Shown: positions 51,022 to 63,299 of the stretch, one piece after another | How positions within the stretch are numbered: the first letter of the stretch is position 1 | Layout of the letters: each line of letters starts with the position of its first letter | Assembly: GCF_006345805.1 (NCBI RefSeq) | Contig: NC_043001.1 | Location: 76,446,001 to 76,510,000, forward strand | Source of the DNA: Octopus sinensis | Lineage: Eukaryota | Direction of reading: 5' to 3' | Length of the DNA: 64,000 nucleotides | The notes under the pieces: model-generated | Told to the model about the DNA's origin: nothing | Seen by the model: the letters and a program-made list of their open reading frames with translations, nothing else | Databases searched by the model: none | Program-made: the position numbers and the translations under genes

Positions 51022-51170
51022 GCGAGAAAGAAGCAACAAGAATGGATAGATTTTTAGTACAATCGTTTCATACAAGGACAGGCTTTATTAAAAGTTGCAA
51101 ATAATAAAGCCTGTCCTTGTATGAAACGATTGTACTAAAAACCTATCCATTCTTGTTGCTTCTTTCTCGC
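51022..51170. repeat. Near-perfect hairpin: 69-bp arms (1 mismatch), 11-nt spacer
   Basis: 51022-51090 is the reverse complement of 51102-51170 except for one base. Confidence 0.95.
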
Positions 51171-51306
51171 TTATAATCACCCCACATTACTGTATTGTTA
51201 AAACAGTATAGTTTTTTTTGGTGCATCTAAGTTAGGTACCATATTCAAGTAAATTCATTTAAATTAACTTGAATCTTTATTGCTTTTTATATATATATAT
51301 ATATAT

Positions 51307-52443
51307 ATTGTGCGGGCCATGTATAGGGACGCCGCTAGTAGGGTGAGGGTTGGAAATGAGTACAGTGAAGAATTCCGGGTAGAGGTAGGGGTCCACCAAG
51401 GCTCAGTACTCAGCCCCCTCCTATTTATCATAGTCCTCCAGGCAATAACGGAGGAATTCAAGACAGGATGCCCTTGGGAGCTCCTCTATGCTGATGACCT
51501 TGCTCTAATTGCTGAGTCGCTATCAGAACTGGAGGAGAAGTTTCAGGTGTGGAAACAAGGATTAGAATCGAAGGGCCTCAGAGTCAATCTAGCTAAAACC
51601 AAAGTCGTAATCAGTAGGAAGGTAGACAAATCACAAACACCTTCAGGTAGATGGCCCTGCTCGATCTGTAGAAAAGGTGTAGGTAGAAACTCTATAAGAT
51701 GCACCAAGTGTAAGCTATGGACACATAAGAGATGCAGCAATGTCAAAGGAAGGCTAACTAGGAAGATGGTTTTTGTATGTGGCAGATGCTCAGGAACAAT
51801 AAACACCGAAAATGCTCTGAGACCAACTTCCGTCACTTTCCAGGGAGAAAAACTAGAAATAGTTGATAGTTTCCGTTACCTAGGTGACCAAGTCAGCAGC
51901 GGGGGTGGGTGTGCTGAAAGTGTAACTGCTAGAGTAAGAATAGCTTGGGCAAAGTTCAGAGAGCTCTTACCTCTGCTGGTGACAAAAGGCCTCTCGCACA
52001 GAGTGAAAGGCAGACTGTATGATGCGTGTGTACGAACAGCCATGCTACATGGCAGTGAAACATGGGCCGTGACTGCTGAGGATATGCGTAAGCTCGCTAG
52101 AAATGAAGCCAGTATGCTCCGATGGATGTGTAATGCCGGTACTCACACTCGGCAGAGTGTAAGTACCTTGAGAGAAAAGCTGGACCTAAGAAGCATCAGT
52201 TGTGGTGTGCAAGAGAGACGTTTGCGCTGGTATGGTCATGTGGCGAGAATGGATGAAGATAGTTGTGTGAAAAAGTGCCACACCCTAGCGGTTGAGGGAA
52301 CCTGTGGAAGAGGCAGACCCAGGAAAACCTGGGACGAGGTGGTGAAGCACGACCTTCGAACTTTAGGTCTCACTGAGGAAATGACTAGAGACCGAGACCT
52401 CTGGAAGTGTGCTGTGCGCGAGAAGACCCGGCAGGACAAGTGA
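51307..52443 (+). CDS. RTE reverse transcriptase C-terminal portion with in-frame C4HC3 (PHD-type) zinc finger
   Basis: GVHQGSVLSPLLF, LLYADDL, FRYLG and RPRKTW motifs; CSIC-x10-CTKC-x4-H-x2-C-x14-CGRC. The first residues of the ORF-track call come from the TA microsatellite. Confidence 0.9.
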   Translation: MVRAMYRDAASRVRVGNEYSEEFRVEVGVHQGSVLSPLLFIIVLQAITEEFKTGCPWELLYADDLALIAESLSELEEKFQVWKQGLESKGLRVNLAKTKVVISRKVDKSQTPSGRWPCSICRKGVGRNSIRCTKCKLWTHKRCSNVKGRLTRKMVFVCGRCSGTINTENALRPTSVTFQGEKLEIVDSFRYLGDQVSSGGGCAESVTARVRIAWAKFRELLPLLVTKGLSHRVKGRLYDACVRTAMLHGSETWAVTAEDMRKLARNEASMLRWMCNAGTHTRQSVSTLREKLDLRSISCGVQERRLRWYGHVARMDEDSCVKKCHTLAVEGTCGRGRPRKTWDEVVKHDLRTLGLTEEMTRDRDLWKCAVREKTRQDK

Positions 52444-53054
52444 GTCCACAACCCGTGGCCTTCTACATGGGATGGAGCCAGCCTACGTATGCATACCTTC
52501 CCTTCTTGGGACACAAAACTCTACTTGTGAAGACGTGTTGAGGCAAGTGAGGATCAGAATCGAAATCGATCAATGGAAATTGCGGATGTGCTACCAGTGC
52601 CGGTGGCATGTCGAAACTCTGCTTGTGAAGACCCATTGAGGCAAGTGAGGATCAGAATCGAAATCGATCAATGGAAATCGATCAATGGAAATTGCAGATG
52701 TGTTACCAGTGCCGGTGGCATGTAAGAGAACTTTCCGTTTCGCGACCGTTGCCAGCACCGCCCCGTTTCGTGTCCGTTGCCAGCCTCGCCTGGCCCTCGT
52801 GCCGGTGGCACATAAAAAGCACCATCCGTTCGTGGCCGTTTGCCAGCTCTGTCTGGCACCAGTGCGGGTGGCACGTAAAAAGCACCCACTACACTCACGG
52901 AGTGGTTGGCGTTAGGAAGGGCATCCAGCCGTAGAAACACTGCCAGATTTGACTGGGCCTGATGAAGCCTTCTGGCTTCACAGACCCCAGTAGAACCGTC
53001 CAACCCATGCTAGCATGGAAAACGGACGCTAAATGATGATGATGATGATGATGA

Positions 53055-53058
<4 letters not shown>
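51307..53058 (+). mobile_element. 5'-truncated young RTE-clade LINE with 3' UTR and (GAT)n tail, flanked by (TA)n
   Basis: Open RT frame to stop at 52443, modular 3' UTR, tail catgctagcatggaaaacggacgctaaatgatgatgat; CpGs retained. Confidence 0.93.
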
Positions 53059-53098
<40 letters not shown>

Positions 53099-53989
53099 AG
53101 AGAGAGAGAGAGAAGCGCAGGCGTCGGTGTGTGGTAAGAAGCCTGCTTTTCAACCACAAAGTTCCGGGTTCAGTCGGCCTTGGGCAAGTGTCCTCCACTA
53201 TAGCCTCAGGCAGACCGAGGACCTGTGAGTGGATTTGGTAGACGGAAACTGAAAGAAGCCTGTGCTATATATATGCGTGTGAGTACCTCTGTGTCTGTGT
53301 TTGTCCCGCACCACCGCTTGACAACTGGTGGTTGTGTATTTACGTCCCCGTAACTTAGCGGTTCGGCAAAAGAGACCAACAGAATAAGTACTAGTTTTCA
53401 AAAAATAAGTCCTAGGGTCAATTTTTTCTACTAAAAGTATGGCCTCAGTCAAATGACTGAAACAAGTAAAAGATAAAAGATATAAGATACATATACATGT
53501 GTGTGTATGTATATGTGTGTGTGCGTGTACATATATGTAGTTATAATTATAATCATTTAAGATCTACTAGCACTATGACCCGACGTTGCCGGGCCTAGTC
53601 TAGTGCTTGTTATTCGTTGCCGGGTCGCAGTAAAAATTTCTCACTAAATCAAGAGCTAAGTTTCTTATCACATTTCAGCCCGGACCAGTTTTGTTGTTTA
53701 TGAGCTAGTTGGACCTTTTTATGAGAGTAATTAATATTCATTGGACTTCGGCATATTCATTGGAACGGCATAATCATGGAAAATTAGCAGGACTGTGCAC
53801 ATGCCATTAGTCGGACAAAAAAGGAGGCAGAAGAAAGCGAAAAACTCGAATTTGGCCGCAAAATAGCATGATTTTGAAAATACTTATAAATCTCGTTCGT
53901 TGAGTTTTGGTTTCACACCCAACCCTGTTCTGCGCTATCAGTGTCACGACGGGAGCGCATGGGTTGGGTGTTTGACTGACAGAGGTGAT

Positions 53990-54290
53990 CAAGTTGTAAT
54001 TGACACACATCAAGAAGTATTCTCAAAGTTTCCACTTCTAATGTGAATTCTAAGACCCCCTGATGGGGTTCAGCCCATTTGTATACAGTAGCGTTATCTC
54101 TCTGTAGAAAATCAGCATTGAAAGAGGATTTTTGACTGCTTTGCACTACTTTAGTGTCGTCGGCATGGCTAGTTAGAGTGGTTACCTGTATAATTGATAG
54201 CATGTCTGAGAGGGCTACTACAAACAGTAGCAGAACTCCTTTCGCTATCAATGTCTCCTTGGAGAGGGCTACAGCCTGACTTCTGTTTTT
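53990..54290 (-). mobile_element. CR1/L2-like LINE RT remnant
   Basis: LLLFVVALSD...TSHADDTKV...LQRD..TVYKWAE. Confidence 0.65.
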
Positions 54291-54302
54291 AAACTCTGCA
54301 GA

Positions 54303-55290
54303 ACCCGCGTAGTTTGAGACCGTGTCCAGAAAATTCACCGTAAACATATTTACTGCAGGAAAGTTGTTGCCCATATAGCAAAAATTCACCGTATGGACAT
54401 TGATAAAGTATATTATATCAACATCTTTTTAAAGGAATGGTAAACGGTTTTATAAAAGCATTAAATAGGTAAGTCTTTATTCAACATCAGACATTAAAAA
54501 AATGTGATGAGCTCATTTAAGACGTATGAAAATTCTAAGTAATGCTGTACAAATTATGTACTTTTGCTGCGGATTGTATCGAAGCATTTGTCTCTGAAGT
54601 CTTGCATTAATATCACTATACTTTTTCTTCATCTCTGCTGCATCTCCTTGATCTGAATCACACTTTTTCTTTTTTCCTAAATTCTCTTCCTTTTTTAAAT
54701 AAGTTATGAGTTTCCAGATATTTGGAAACATGTTAGTAATAGAGCTTTGTATTGCATTGCGAAAGCCTTCTGAACTATTGTTTGTTCTGATCATATTATT
54801 CTGAGTTCTTTCGAAAACATTCCACAATTCTATTGGAAATATTGGCTTCATTATTCAATTTCGCGTACTTCGAACTTGTTCTCCTCCTAAAGAGTGAGTT
54901 TCAAAGTAAGATACGTATACTTGGAGAAAATCATCATGGTCAGTCACTTCCACAAATCCAATTGCGCTCTGGAAGAAAGGCTAATGCTGTGAAGCGTTTG
55001 AGTTCGTTGTTAAATTATACGTTTGTTTGAAAGAGCAACTTTAAACAATATCCACAATTTTGCGATGAATATTCTTAGTCATATGAAATAAACAACCTTT
55101 AATAGTTGTTGTGAATGTGTGAGAGAAAGCATTGATAGTTGCTTTCTCGAAGTCAACCATTAAGGCTTCAGGATTTAATGATTTATGTAAGCCTTTTAGG
55201 CCACTGAAAAGTTTGCTGCACGTTATTTCGGATTTACCAGGAAGCAAAACAAAAAGATGTGGAATGCTAATACTACTCATGACAATATGT
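54303..55290 (-). mobile_element. MULE/Mutator transposase remnant with subterminal repeats
   Basis: LLPGK, MVDFEKATINAF, GCLFH, ALAFLP, YFETH.LG and FPIELWNV..RTNNSSEGF motifs; aaaattcaccgta repeats at 54330-54395. Confidence 0.85.
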
Positions 55291-55474
55291 AGCGTGAAAA
55301 TAATATATATATATATATATAATACAAAATGAGAAAATAGAGAAATATATCTAAATCAATCATCAACTATCAGATAATACCGAATCAATACTTTATTAAA
55401 ACACTACACAATAGCAATGATATCATACATTAATATAGTACAAATATAACAAGACATAGAAATACATTTACATT

Positions 55475-55592
55475 GTAGCTGACAGCTGTTTCGGCCATGA
55501 AGACAGGTATGTCTCATTTAACCTATTAGCCATATAATGCAGGTATAAATGAGACATTAACAAGAATATCTTACGGCCTCTTCAGAGATTTT
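55475..55592 (-). ncRNA. Putative type I hammerhead ribozyme with long stem II, in a Penelope-like terminal repeat
   Basis: Minus strand: CTGAAGA(55585-79), GGCC...GGCC stem II containing a 12-bp perfect inner hairpin (ATGTCTCATTTA/TAAATGAGACAT), GAAA, palindrome ACAGCTGT, GUC triplet; AATAAA about 85 nt downstream. Stem I is weak. Confidence 0.6.
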
Positions 55593-56119
55593 AATGCAAG
55601 TATGAGTACAAATCCTAAATAATTTACATATAAATATAAATATGTGTGCATACATACTCATATTCTTACATATATATATATACACAATAATACAATATAA
55701 ACAATATAGATCAATATACATCAACAAACATAATAATGTTCCATATTGAACTCCACAGCTCCTCAACCAACATCAAGAAACCACAACAGACACACTCACA
55801 CTCAATGCAGGCATATATATTAAACGGTCCAATATATTAAAATGTGTCATTTCACAAAAAGTCAATAAAGTTAATACCACCACTACGGTACCATCCATGC
55901 AAGCGGACATCCGCATATATATGCAATCAGTCGAATTCCTCCGTTTGCATGGTATTAATTTTCATATATATATATTTATACAGGGTGGCCCAAAAGTAGG
56001 TTTACGGCTATTCAACTGACGGTTTAAGAAATACTCCTAATATAAATGTTTATGAATAGAATTAGCCTAGTGAAATCATAAATCTAGCTATCTGAGTCAA
56101 TGAGTCGACGAAGCTTGGC

Positions 56120-56790
56120 AACACTGAGTCGATAAGTCACCGATGCTTTGTCAGTTCTGTGCTTGAAGTGTAGGCGTGCGGCTGTGTACTAAGTTTACAT
56201 ATTCCATTCACCTTCATAATTCCAAGAAATTGTATAAACATCGCAAACAACTTTTGTTATATTTGCAGTGATTTAACATTCAAGTCACCAAGACGGCATT
56301 TCACGCCATTAATTAAAAATGTGCTATGAGTATTATTTTGATTGCAAAGTGGGTGACCTGGATAAAAGCTGGGCCCCTCATGTGCGTTGTGTAATCTCTG
56401 TCAGGCTTCTCACTGCATGGGCCAAAGGTTCACGCCATAAGCCCTTTGCCATCCTTATGATTTGGAGAGAGCCCAAAGATCACACTTCCGATTGCTACTT
56501 CTGCATGACAAATATACAAGGTATAACATCAAAATCCTAGCATACTGTAAAATATCCTAATTTACAATCTACTATGAGACCAGTACTTCACAGTCAACAC
56601 TTACCTGTACTTGACCCTCCAAAACAAATGATACTTAGCGACGACAAGTCAAGTGATTAAGATGTGGAGAAAGAAACAGAAGACTTGGATTTTGAGCCTA
56701 ACTGTTCTTCAAGTGAACCACATTTGTTGAGTTAGGGAGATCTGAATGATCTTGTGCAGGATTTAAACTTGTCGAAAAAGCAAGCTGAAA
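56120..56790 (+). mobile_element. DNA transposase N-terminal zinc-finger remnant, probably Chapaev3-like (CMC)
   Basis: FCYIC...CYEYYFDCKVGDLDKSWAPH...IWREPKDHTSDCYFC...LNDLVQDLNLSKKQAE; truncated by a SINE at about 56790. Family assignment is from memory of the motif. Confidence 0.6.
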
Positions 56791-59200
56791 CCCCAGTGCT
56801 CAACTGGTATTCATTTTATCGACCCGAAAAGGATGGAAGGCAAAGTCGACTTCGGCGGAATTTGAACTCAGAACGTAAAAACGGACGAAATGCTGCTAAG
56901 CCTTTGGACCAAGGTACTAATAATTTTGCCAGCTCGCCACCGTAAGACAGTTAATAATTATTGAGGACAAATTAAGCTGAAAGGATGATAAGGCCTTATC
57001 AGAAAGCTGATTGGCATAGCTTCGGGTAGTATCTTACCTAGTTCAGAACAAGTAGAAAAAGTGAGATCACCTCTTATGGCACAGAGTGACATAGTTTCGT
57101 GTAGCGCCAGAAATCATTCTGTAAGGAAACATTGAAGGTGAAGGGCCATCTCGTAGAGCAGAACGACAAACTTCAGTGTGGGCTTCTAGATGGCTTTTTA
57201 TAACCCAATGGAGTTTTTCTAAAAGATTCGGTTAGACTTTTTGACGGGAAGATTTCAGTTCACTTGGTTACACACCAGCCGATCTGATTAGTCAAACTAT
57301 ATTCGTATAGGCGTTAATGCCATTTATGGCGACACACCTTTACATGATTTAAACTTGCTTTTATGGCAGTATGGCAGGCTGTGGGCTTGAGCTAGGAAAC
57401 CTGAGAACAATTGTTCGAAACTCAGCAACAAGAGAGACACGGTAATTAACGTTGTTCTAGAAGTATAAACAGACAAGATGGTCGTGTATGGAACGCCTTT
57501 AATCATAGTTCTGGTCAATCAAGGATGACCTGAGATCAAGCAATAAAAACAGCACCAATATACTGAAAGAAACTTATTATTGAGGCTGATAGGATTGAGG
57601 AAAGACATTTTCCTTTTTGATCAAAGCTCTTATCGAGTTTTTTTATGTTTCACTTGGAAAGGAGAGTGGGGGTGGAAAGGAAAGTGCTACTTCCCAGTGA
57701 ATTTGTGTAAAGGTTGGTGACTATGACAAAAATAGTTAGGGTGAATGGATCTACATGCGCTTGTAGATTGGAGAACAACAACTATGCGAGGGCTAGATCC
57801 ATTAGTAGTCAGGGTAATCCTGGATCTGTGGGGTTTCTTGATTGGCCTTAGTTGGAGTTTCTCCTGTAATAGGAGCACTCCTTCGTCCTTTCCATTTCTT
57901 TCTCTCCTATCTTTTATGTAAACTCCAACATAAATTGTAGACTGTCCTTGTGATGCACCTCCTGTCTGTGTTCCTGTGACGAATAAAAGAAATTATTATT
58001 ATTACTATAGAAGGGTGGTGGATTGGTAGAAACATTAAAACGACAAATAATATGCCTTATATTATTTATACCGGATCTATACATTCTGAATTCAAATTCT
58101 CTCGAGGTCATCTTTGCCTGCCATCTTTCCAAGGCCGGTAACATTTAATAACTATCAAACAGACTTGAGTCTGTTTAACTGCATATCTCCCTTCCCTATC
58201 GCAAAATTACTGGCATGTACCTAAATTATTCACAAGAGATTTTAATGAGAAATTTATTAGAAATACACTGAACTCAGTTTAAATCAACTTTTCTGATCTT
58301 AAGAGTTAGCATTGTTTTAGTTTCGCATTCAATGCTTTAGAAGAGAAAACATGGCAGTCGTTTAAAGAGCACAAATATGTGAACAGTTGTATTTTGGAGT
58401 TGCTTGTAAGTTGATCTAAGTACAATTATATTAAATGTTTTAATAAAATCTTTCGGAAGTACTGATTAATAATAGTTTCAGAACATCAATTTTCACTGCA
58501 GCGTATTCAGTTTTGGCTTAATGGACCATGCGGCTTTTGTCTGTATGGATAGTAGTCTCAACCCACTTAACCTTCAAGCAAATTAAATAACCGGTTTCAC
58601 TCATCGGTTTCACTAATATTTCAATAAAATCTACCCAGAGACGGGTCTTCCTTCTTTCTCCCTCTTATTATCTCCCACATTTTATATCATCTCTACCTCT
58701 CTTTTGCTCCATTCAATTCGTTTATACATACATATATGCTCTGTCTGTCTGTCTGTCTCTCTTTCTCTCTTCACGTATTCCTTTTCAAAATGGCGTTAGA
58801 CTACAAAGGCGAGAAGTAAAAGAGGACTGCGAAGAATATGAAACAAAATACAGAAACAAAGAAACTAATAACACAATCAAACAATGAAAGAAAAGGAAAA
58901 TACGGAAAACATTAGAAAACGAAGAAATTAAGGAAAGAAGAAAGGAAGGGAAAACAATAGGAACAAAAAAATTACGAACAAATGAACAAGAAATAATTCA
59001 CAAGGCCTAAAATTTCGAGGATAGAGGTTAGTTGGTTACATCGCCTCCTGTGCTCAACTGGTACTTATTTTATCAACCCCCAAAGGACAAAAAAGCAACG
59101 CCGACCTTGGCGGATTTTTTAATTCAGAACTTGAAGGCGTACGAAATGCTGCTAAATATTGTGTCCGGCGTGCTAACGATTCTGTTAGCTCACCGCCTTC

Positions 59201-59346
<146 letters not shown>

Positions 59347-59364
59347 CCTTTCTAATATTACTCT

Positions 59365-59786
59365 TACTCTTTTACTCTTTTACTCGTTTCAGTCATTTAA
59401 CTGCGGCCATGCTGGAGCACCGCCTTTTAGTTGAGCAAATCGACCCCAGGACTTATTCTTTGTAAGTTCAGTACTTATTCTATCGGTCATTTTACCGAAC
59501 TGCTAAGTTACTGGGACGTAAACACACCAGCATCGGTTGTCAAGCGATGTTGGGGGGACAAACACAGACACACAAATATATACACATACATACATATATA
59601 TACATATATACGACGGGCTTCTTTCAGTTTCCGTCTACCAAAACCACTCACAAGGCTTTGGGCGGCTCGAGGCTATAGTAGAAGACACTTGCCCAAGGTG
59701 CCACGCAGTGGGACTGAACCCGGAACCGTGTGGTTGGTAAGCAAGCTAGTCACCACACAGCCACTCCTACGCCTATACTTACCACA
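59365..59786 (-). mobile_element. tRNA-derived SINE family A, near full-length CpG-rich copy
   Basis: Head ggctgtgtggt..agcttgct..ccaaccacacggttccgggttcagtccc; tail gtcagttaaatgactgaaacgagtaaaagagtaaaa; 29-bp tandem duplication at the 5' end. Confidence 0.85.
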
Positions 59787-59799
59787 CAGCCACACCTAC

Positions 59800-60200
59800 G
59801 CCTATATAGGTGCAAGATCTGAAATTTTGGAGAGGGGGCTGGTCGATTTCATTAACTCCAGTCTTCCACTGGTACTTATTTCATCCACCCCGAAAGAATG
59901 AAAGGCAAAGTCGACCTCGGCGGAATTTGAACTCAGAACGCAAAGGATGGACGAAATGCTGCTAAGCATTTTGCCCGGCCTGCTAACGATTCTTTTCTAC
60001 TCCAGGCAGAAGGCCCAAAATTTTTGGGGAGGGGGCCAGTCGATTTGATCGACCCCAGTACGCAACACGTACTTAATTTATCGACCCCGAAAGGATGAAA
60101 GGTAAAGTCGACCTCGGCGGAATTTCAACTCAGAACGTAGCGGCAGACGAAATACTGCTAAGCATTTCGCTCGGCGTGCTAACGTTTCTGCCAGCTCGCC
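59800..60200 (-). mobile_element. Two tandem SINE family B fragments
   Basis: Repeated aaaggcaaagtcgacctcggcggaatttgaactcagaacg. Other family B pieces at about 44995-45360, 56790-56940, 57930-58140, 59030-59200 and 62840-63060. Confidence 0.8.
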
Positions 60201-60240
60201 GCATGCAGAATATGACGAAGACGGCGACGGCGGTGACGCG

Positions 60241-60329
60241 ATGACGATGACGACGACGACGAAGGAGAAGAAGAAGAAGAAGTAGAAGAAGAAGAAGAAG
60301 AAGAAGAAGAAGAAGAAGAAGAAGAAGAA
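60241..60329. repeat. (GAC)n(GAA)n microsatellite
   Basis: Direct reading; explains the poly-L and poly-S ORFs. Confidence 0.95.
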
Positions 60330-60629
60330 TTAAAATGAGGATGACAACGGAGTAGGAACGCAAATAAAGAAACAAAAATATATAAGAATGTATTTTCCCT
60401 TTTTTCCCCGTCACATTTTAAGAGTTTCACCAGATTCTTATTTTTGTCTTTAAAATTTCCCAGCTTCTATCCACTTCGAAAGTCAATTTATCATTTGCCT
60501 TCAAACTTATTTTTGCAAATCCACGCGCTTCACTGAACAAATTTTTGATCGGCTGCTCAGGCAAAACGTTTTCCCGCCCTTAATGTCTCCACCAAATCAA
60601 ACGTTGTTTGTTTAAAATAGAAACTGGGA

Positions 60630-60768
60630 ATTTATGTATGTATGTATGTATGTGTGTAAGTATGTATTACCTCTAACTCTCTACTACATGTCTACACACA
60701 CACACACTTATAATTATAAGCACACATATATCTACATGTGTGTGCGCGTTGCTGTGTGTGTATGTATA

Positions 60769-60822
<54 letters not shown>

Positions 60823-61278
60823 GCATAGAAATGTATGTGTAAGTGTATATTTATATGTACTATGTAGATTTGTGTGCGTGTGTGCGTGCATGTGTGTGTG
60901 TGTCCGTGTCCGTGTGTGTGTATGTGTGTCTGTGTGTAAATGTGTGTGCGTGCGCGCGCGCGTGTGTAATGACACACGCGTATAGATATATATAGACGCT
61001 TTACAGATGTATGTATTCAAACACAGATAACGCAGATACAGATATATACACACATCGATGGAAACGCATGAGTGATCATATTTTTGGTAATCTATCCATG
61101 CAAAAACTTGTTTCTCCACTCTTAATGTCCCAAACATATAAAAAGTTATGAAATATATAAATACAAACATATTTGTACATATATGTATGTACGTATGTAT
61201 GTATGTATGTATGTATGTATTATGTATGTATGTATGCATGTATGTTTATGTGTGTGTGTCTGTGTGTGGTGTACGTGC

Positions 61279-61309
<31 letters not shown>

Positions 61310-61612
61310 CATAGGTATGTATGTGTGAATATAATTATGTGTTACGTAGATTTGTGTTTGTGTGTGTCCGTGTTTACGTGTCCGTCTGTGTGTCCACCGT
61401 GTGTGTGTGTGTGTGTGTATGTGTAAAATATGCATATGCACTGTATATACGTTTATTATCATTTCTGTCATTGTTTACTGTTCTTGTATAATATAGTCAC
61501 ACATAAACGCATACATACATGTATAGACTTGTTGTGTTTGTGCGTTTTGTATATGTGATGGGAAAAGATACAGATAGCGTGCGCGTGCGCGTAGTGTGCA
61601 TGAGAGAGAAAT

Positions 61613-61648
<36 letters not shown>

Positions 61649-62130
61649 AAGAGAGAAGGCGAGAGAGAGAGAGAGAAAAGACGAAAGAAATTAGGGAAAG
61701 GAAAAAATGCCTGATGTGATTGTGTGTGTATGACTGTACGTGTAATGTGTTCGTGTATGTGTATAGCTGTTGCTGGGGTCTCTCTTCCAACAGCCTTAAC
61801 ATAACAACGTCTCCGAGTGTTGTTGAAGCGGAATGTGTTATTGCAGCAATGAGGAAACGGAAGAAAGGGACACAGCAGAGATATAAGTGTTCGTTATTTT
61901 GTTTGGAGACTTTGTTTGTAGACATTGGACATTAAACAGAGAACGTCGTCTGCAGGAAAAAATATCCTATTTTTCTTGTGCAGGCGAACAAAAATTTCAT
62001 CTGTCGAATGAGACATTTCAAATCTCGTTTTTAAGTGTATGCATGTTATGTGTGTATAGGTATGTATGTATGTATGTATGTATGTATGTATGTATGTATG
62101 TATGTATGTATGTATGTATGTACACACACA
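60630..62130. repeat. Microsatellite-dense block: (TATG)n, (TA)n, (TG)n, (GA)n
   Basis: Direct reading; source of many low-complexity ORF calls. Confidence 0.9.
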
Positions 62131-62489
62131 CATACACATATATGTGTATTATCGATCCATTTCAGCCGATCTTACCAATTAGTTTCACATTGGGTATTAG
62201 ATAACTGGATATTAGATAACGCGGTTAACAAACACAACGTGCTCCTTCAAGGCGACAATATATGGATGTATTTATGTTCAAATATATGTGTGCGACAATT
62301 TATGTTATTCATGTGTGGGTCTGTGTGTTATGGATTTATGTATGTGTAAACATGTTTGTATAGCAATATATGCGTCATACATAATGTATAAACACCATTA
62401 ATAAATAAGTTGCCGCGGTTTTCATCCGATAAAGGGATTTCTTATAAACGTGCTGTGTTAAGAACAAAATATCGGAGGGAGATGAAAAT

Positions 62490-62680
62490 CCTGTTTCCCG
62501 TGTCCTCTGAAAGGTGGGCTTGGCATGCCATAGTTACTGATGAGCAGACACGCGTTAAGGCTGCATCACTTGTAAATATTCTTTAACGGTGAACAGATTT
62601 GGTCTCCGCTTATAAGACACGCTCATCTTTTTGATGGAAATACAGTCTTGGCTCATGAAAAGATCAAGATTGGTTGTCCG
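62490..62680 (+). mobile_element. L1/Tx1-like LINE ORF2 remnant
   Basis: PLKGGLGMP*LLMSRHALRLHHL..F.GEQIWSP resembles the GGLG.P motif downstream of the RT domain. Confidence 0.45.
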
Positions 62681-63232
62681 GAACGCGGAATGTCATCAGG
62701 CGCTCACCACCCTCTACAAGTCGGGCAATGCGATCGTTGAAAGTTTCACTTTTGCAATATATATATAGAACTTATGGTGCGGAAGAGCGTCGACGTTTTC
62801 GGGGAAACGCTAGGCGTCGCTGAGGTTAACTTTCCCTTTTATAAATCGGGGATCGATAAAATAAAGTACTAATCAAGTGCTGGGTTTGATGTGATCAATT
62901 AACCACCTCCTCTAAAAGTTAGTGTCTTTGGGCGAAAATCTGAAATCATTGTTATTGTTAGGTGGCGAGCTTACAGAATAGTTAGAGCGTCAGACGAACT
63001 GCTCAGCGGCATTTTTTCCGGTTCTTTACATTCTAAGCTCAAATTCTGTCAAGACGTGGACGCTTTTTCTTGGTTACTGATACTTCTGTACTTTCTAGCA
63101 CCATACGCCTATACGAGATGTTTTCTCAAGACAAATATCGCAGTATATGGTGTTCTTACAGTAAATTAACATTTAGTAGAATGTACAGATTGCCATCGGT
63201 ACTAAGTGTTCTCGTCGCAAATTTTATATATA

Positions 63233-63266
<34 letters not shown>

Positions 63267-63299
63267 TCTTTATTGTCTATATAAACGACCATGCTAGTG

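Noticed and set aside
58785-58820. CAAAATGGCG (YY1-like motif) with ATGGCGTTAGACTAC as a possible first exon of a downstream gene
   Set aside because: Weak donor, no downstream exons recognised, and a single short motif.
61720-62060. Unique-looking island among microsatellites with several ORF calls
   Set aside because: No frame gives a recognisable protein; it cannot be supported without transcript data.
62533-62570. CTGATGAG-CAG...CTG hammerhead-like start (similar at 52959)
   Set aside because: No GAAA after the stem; the sequences are LINE coding/tail sequence.
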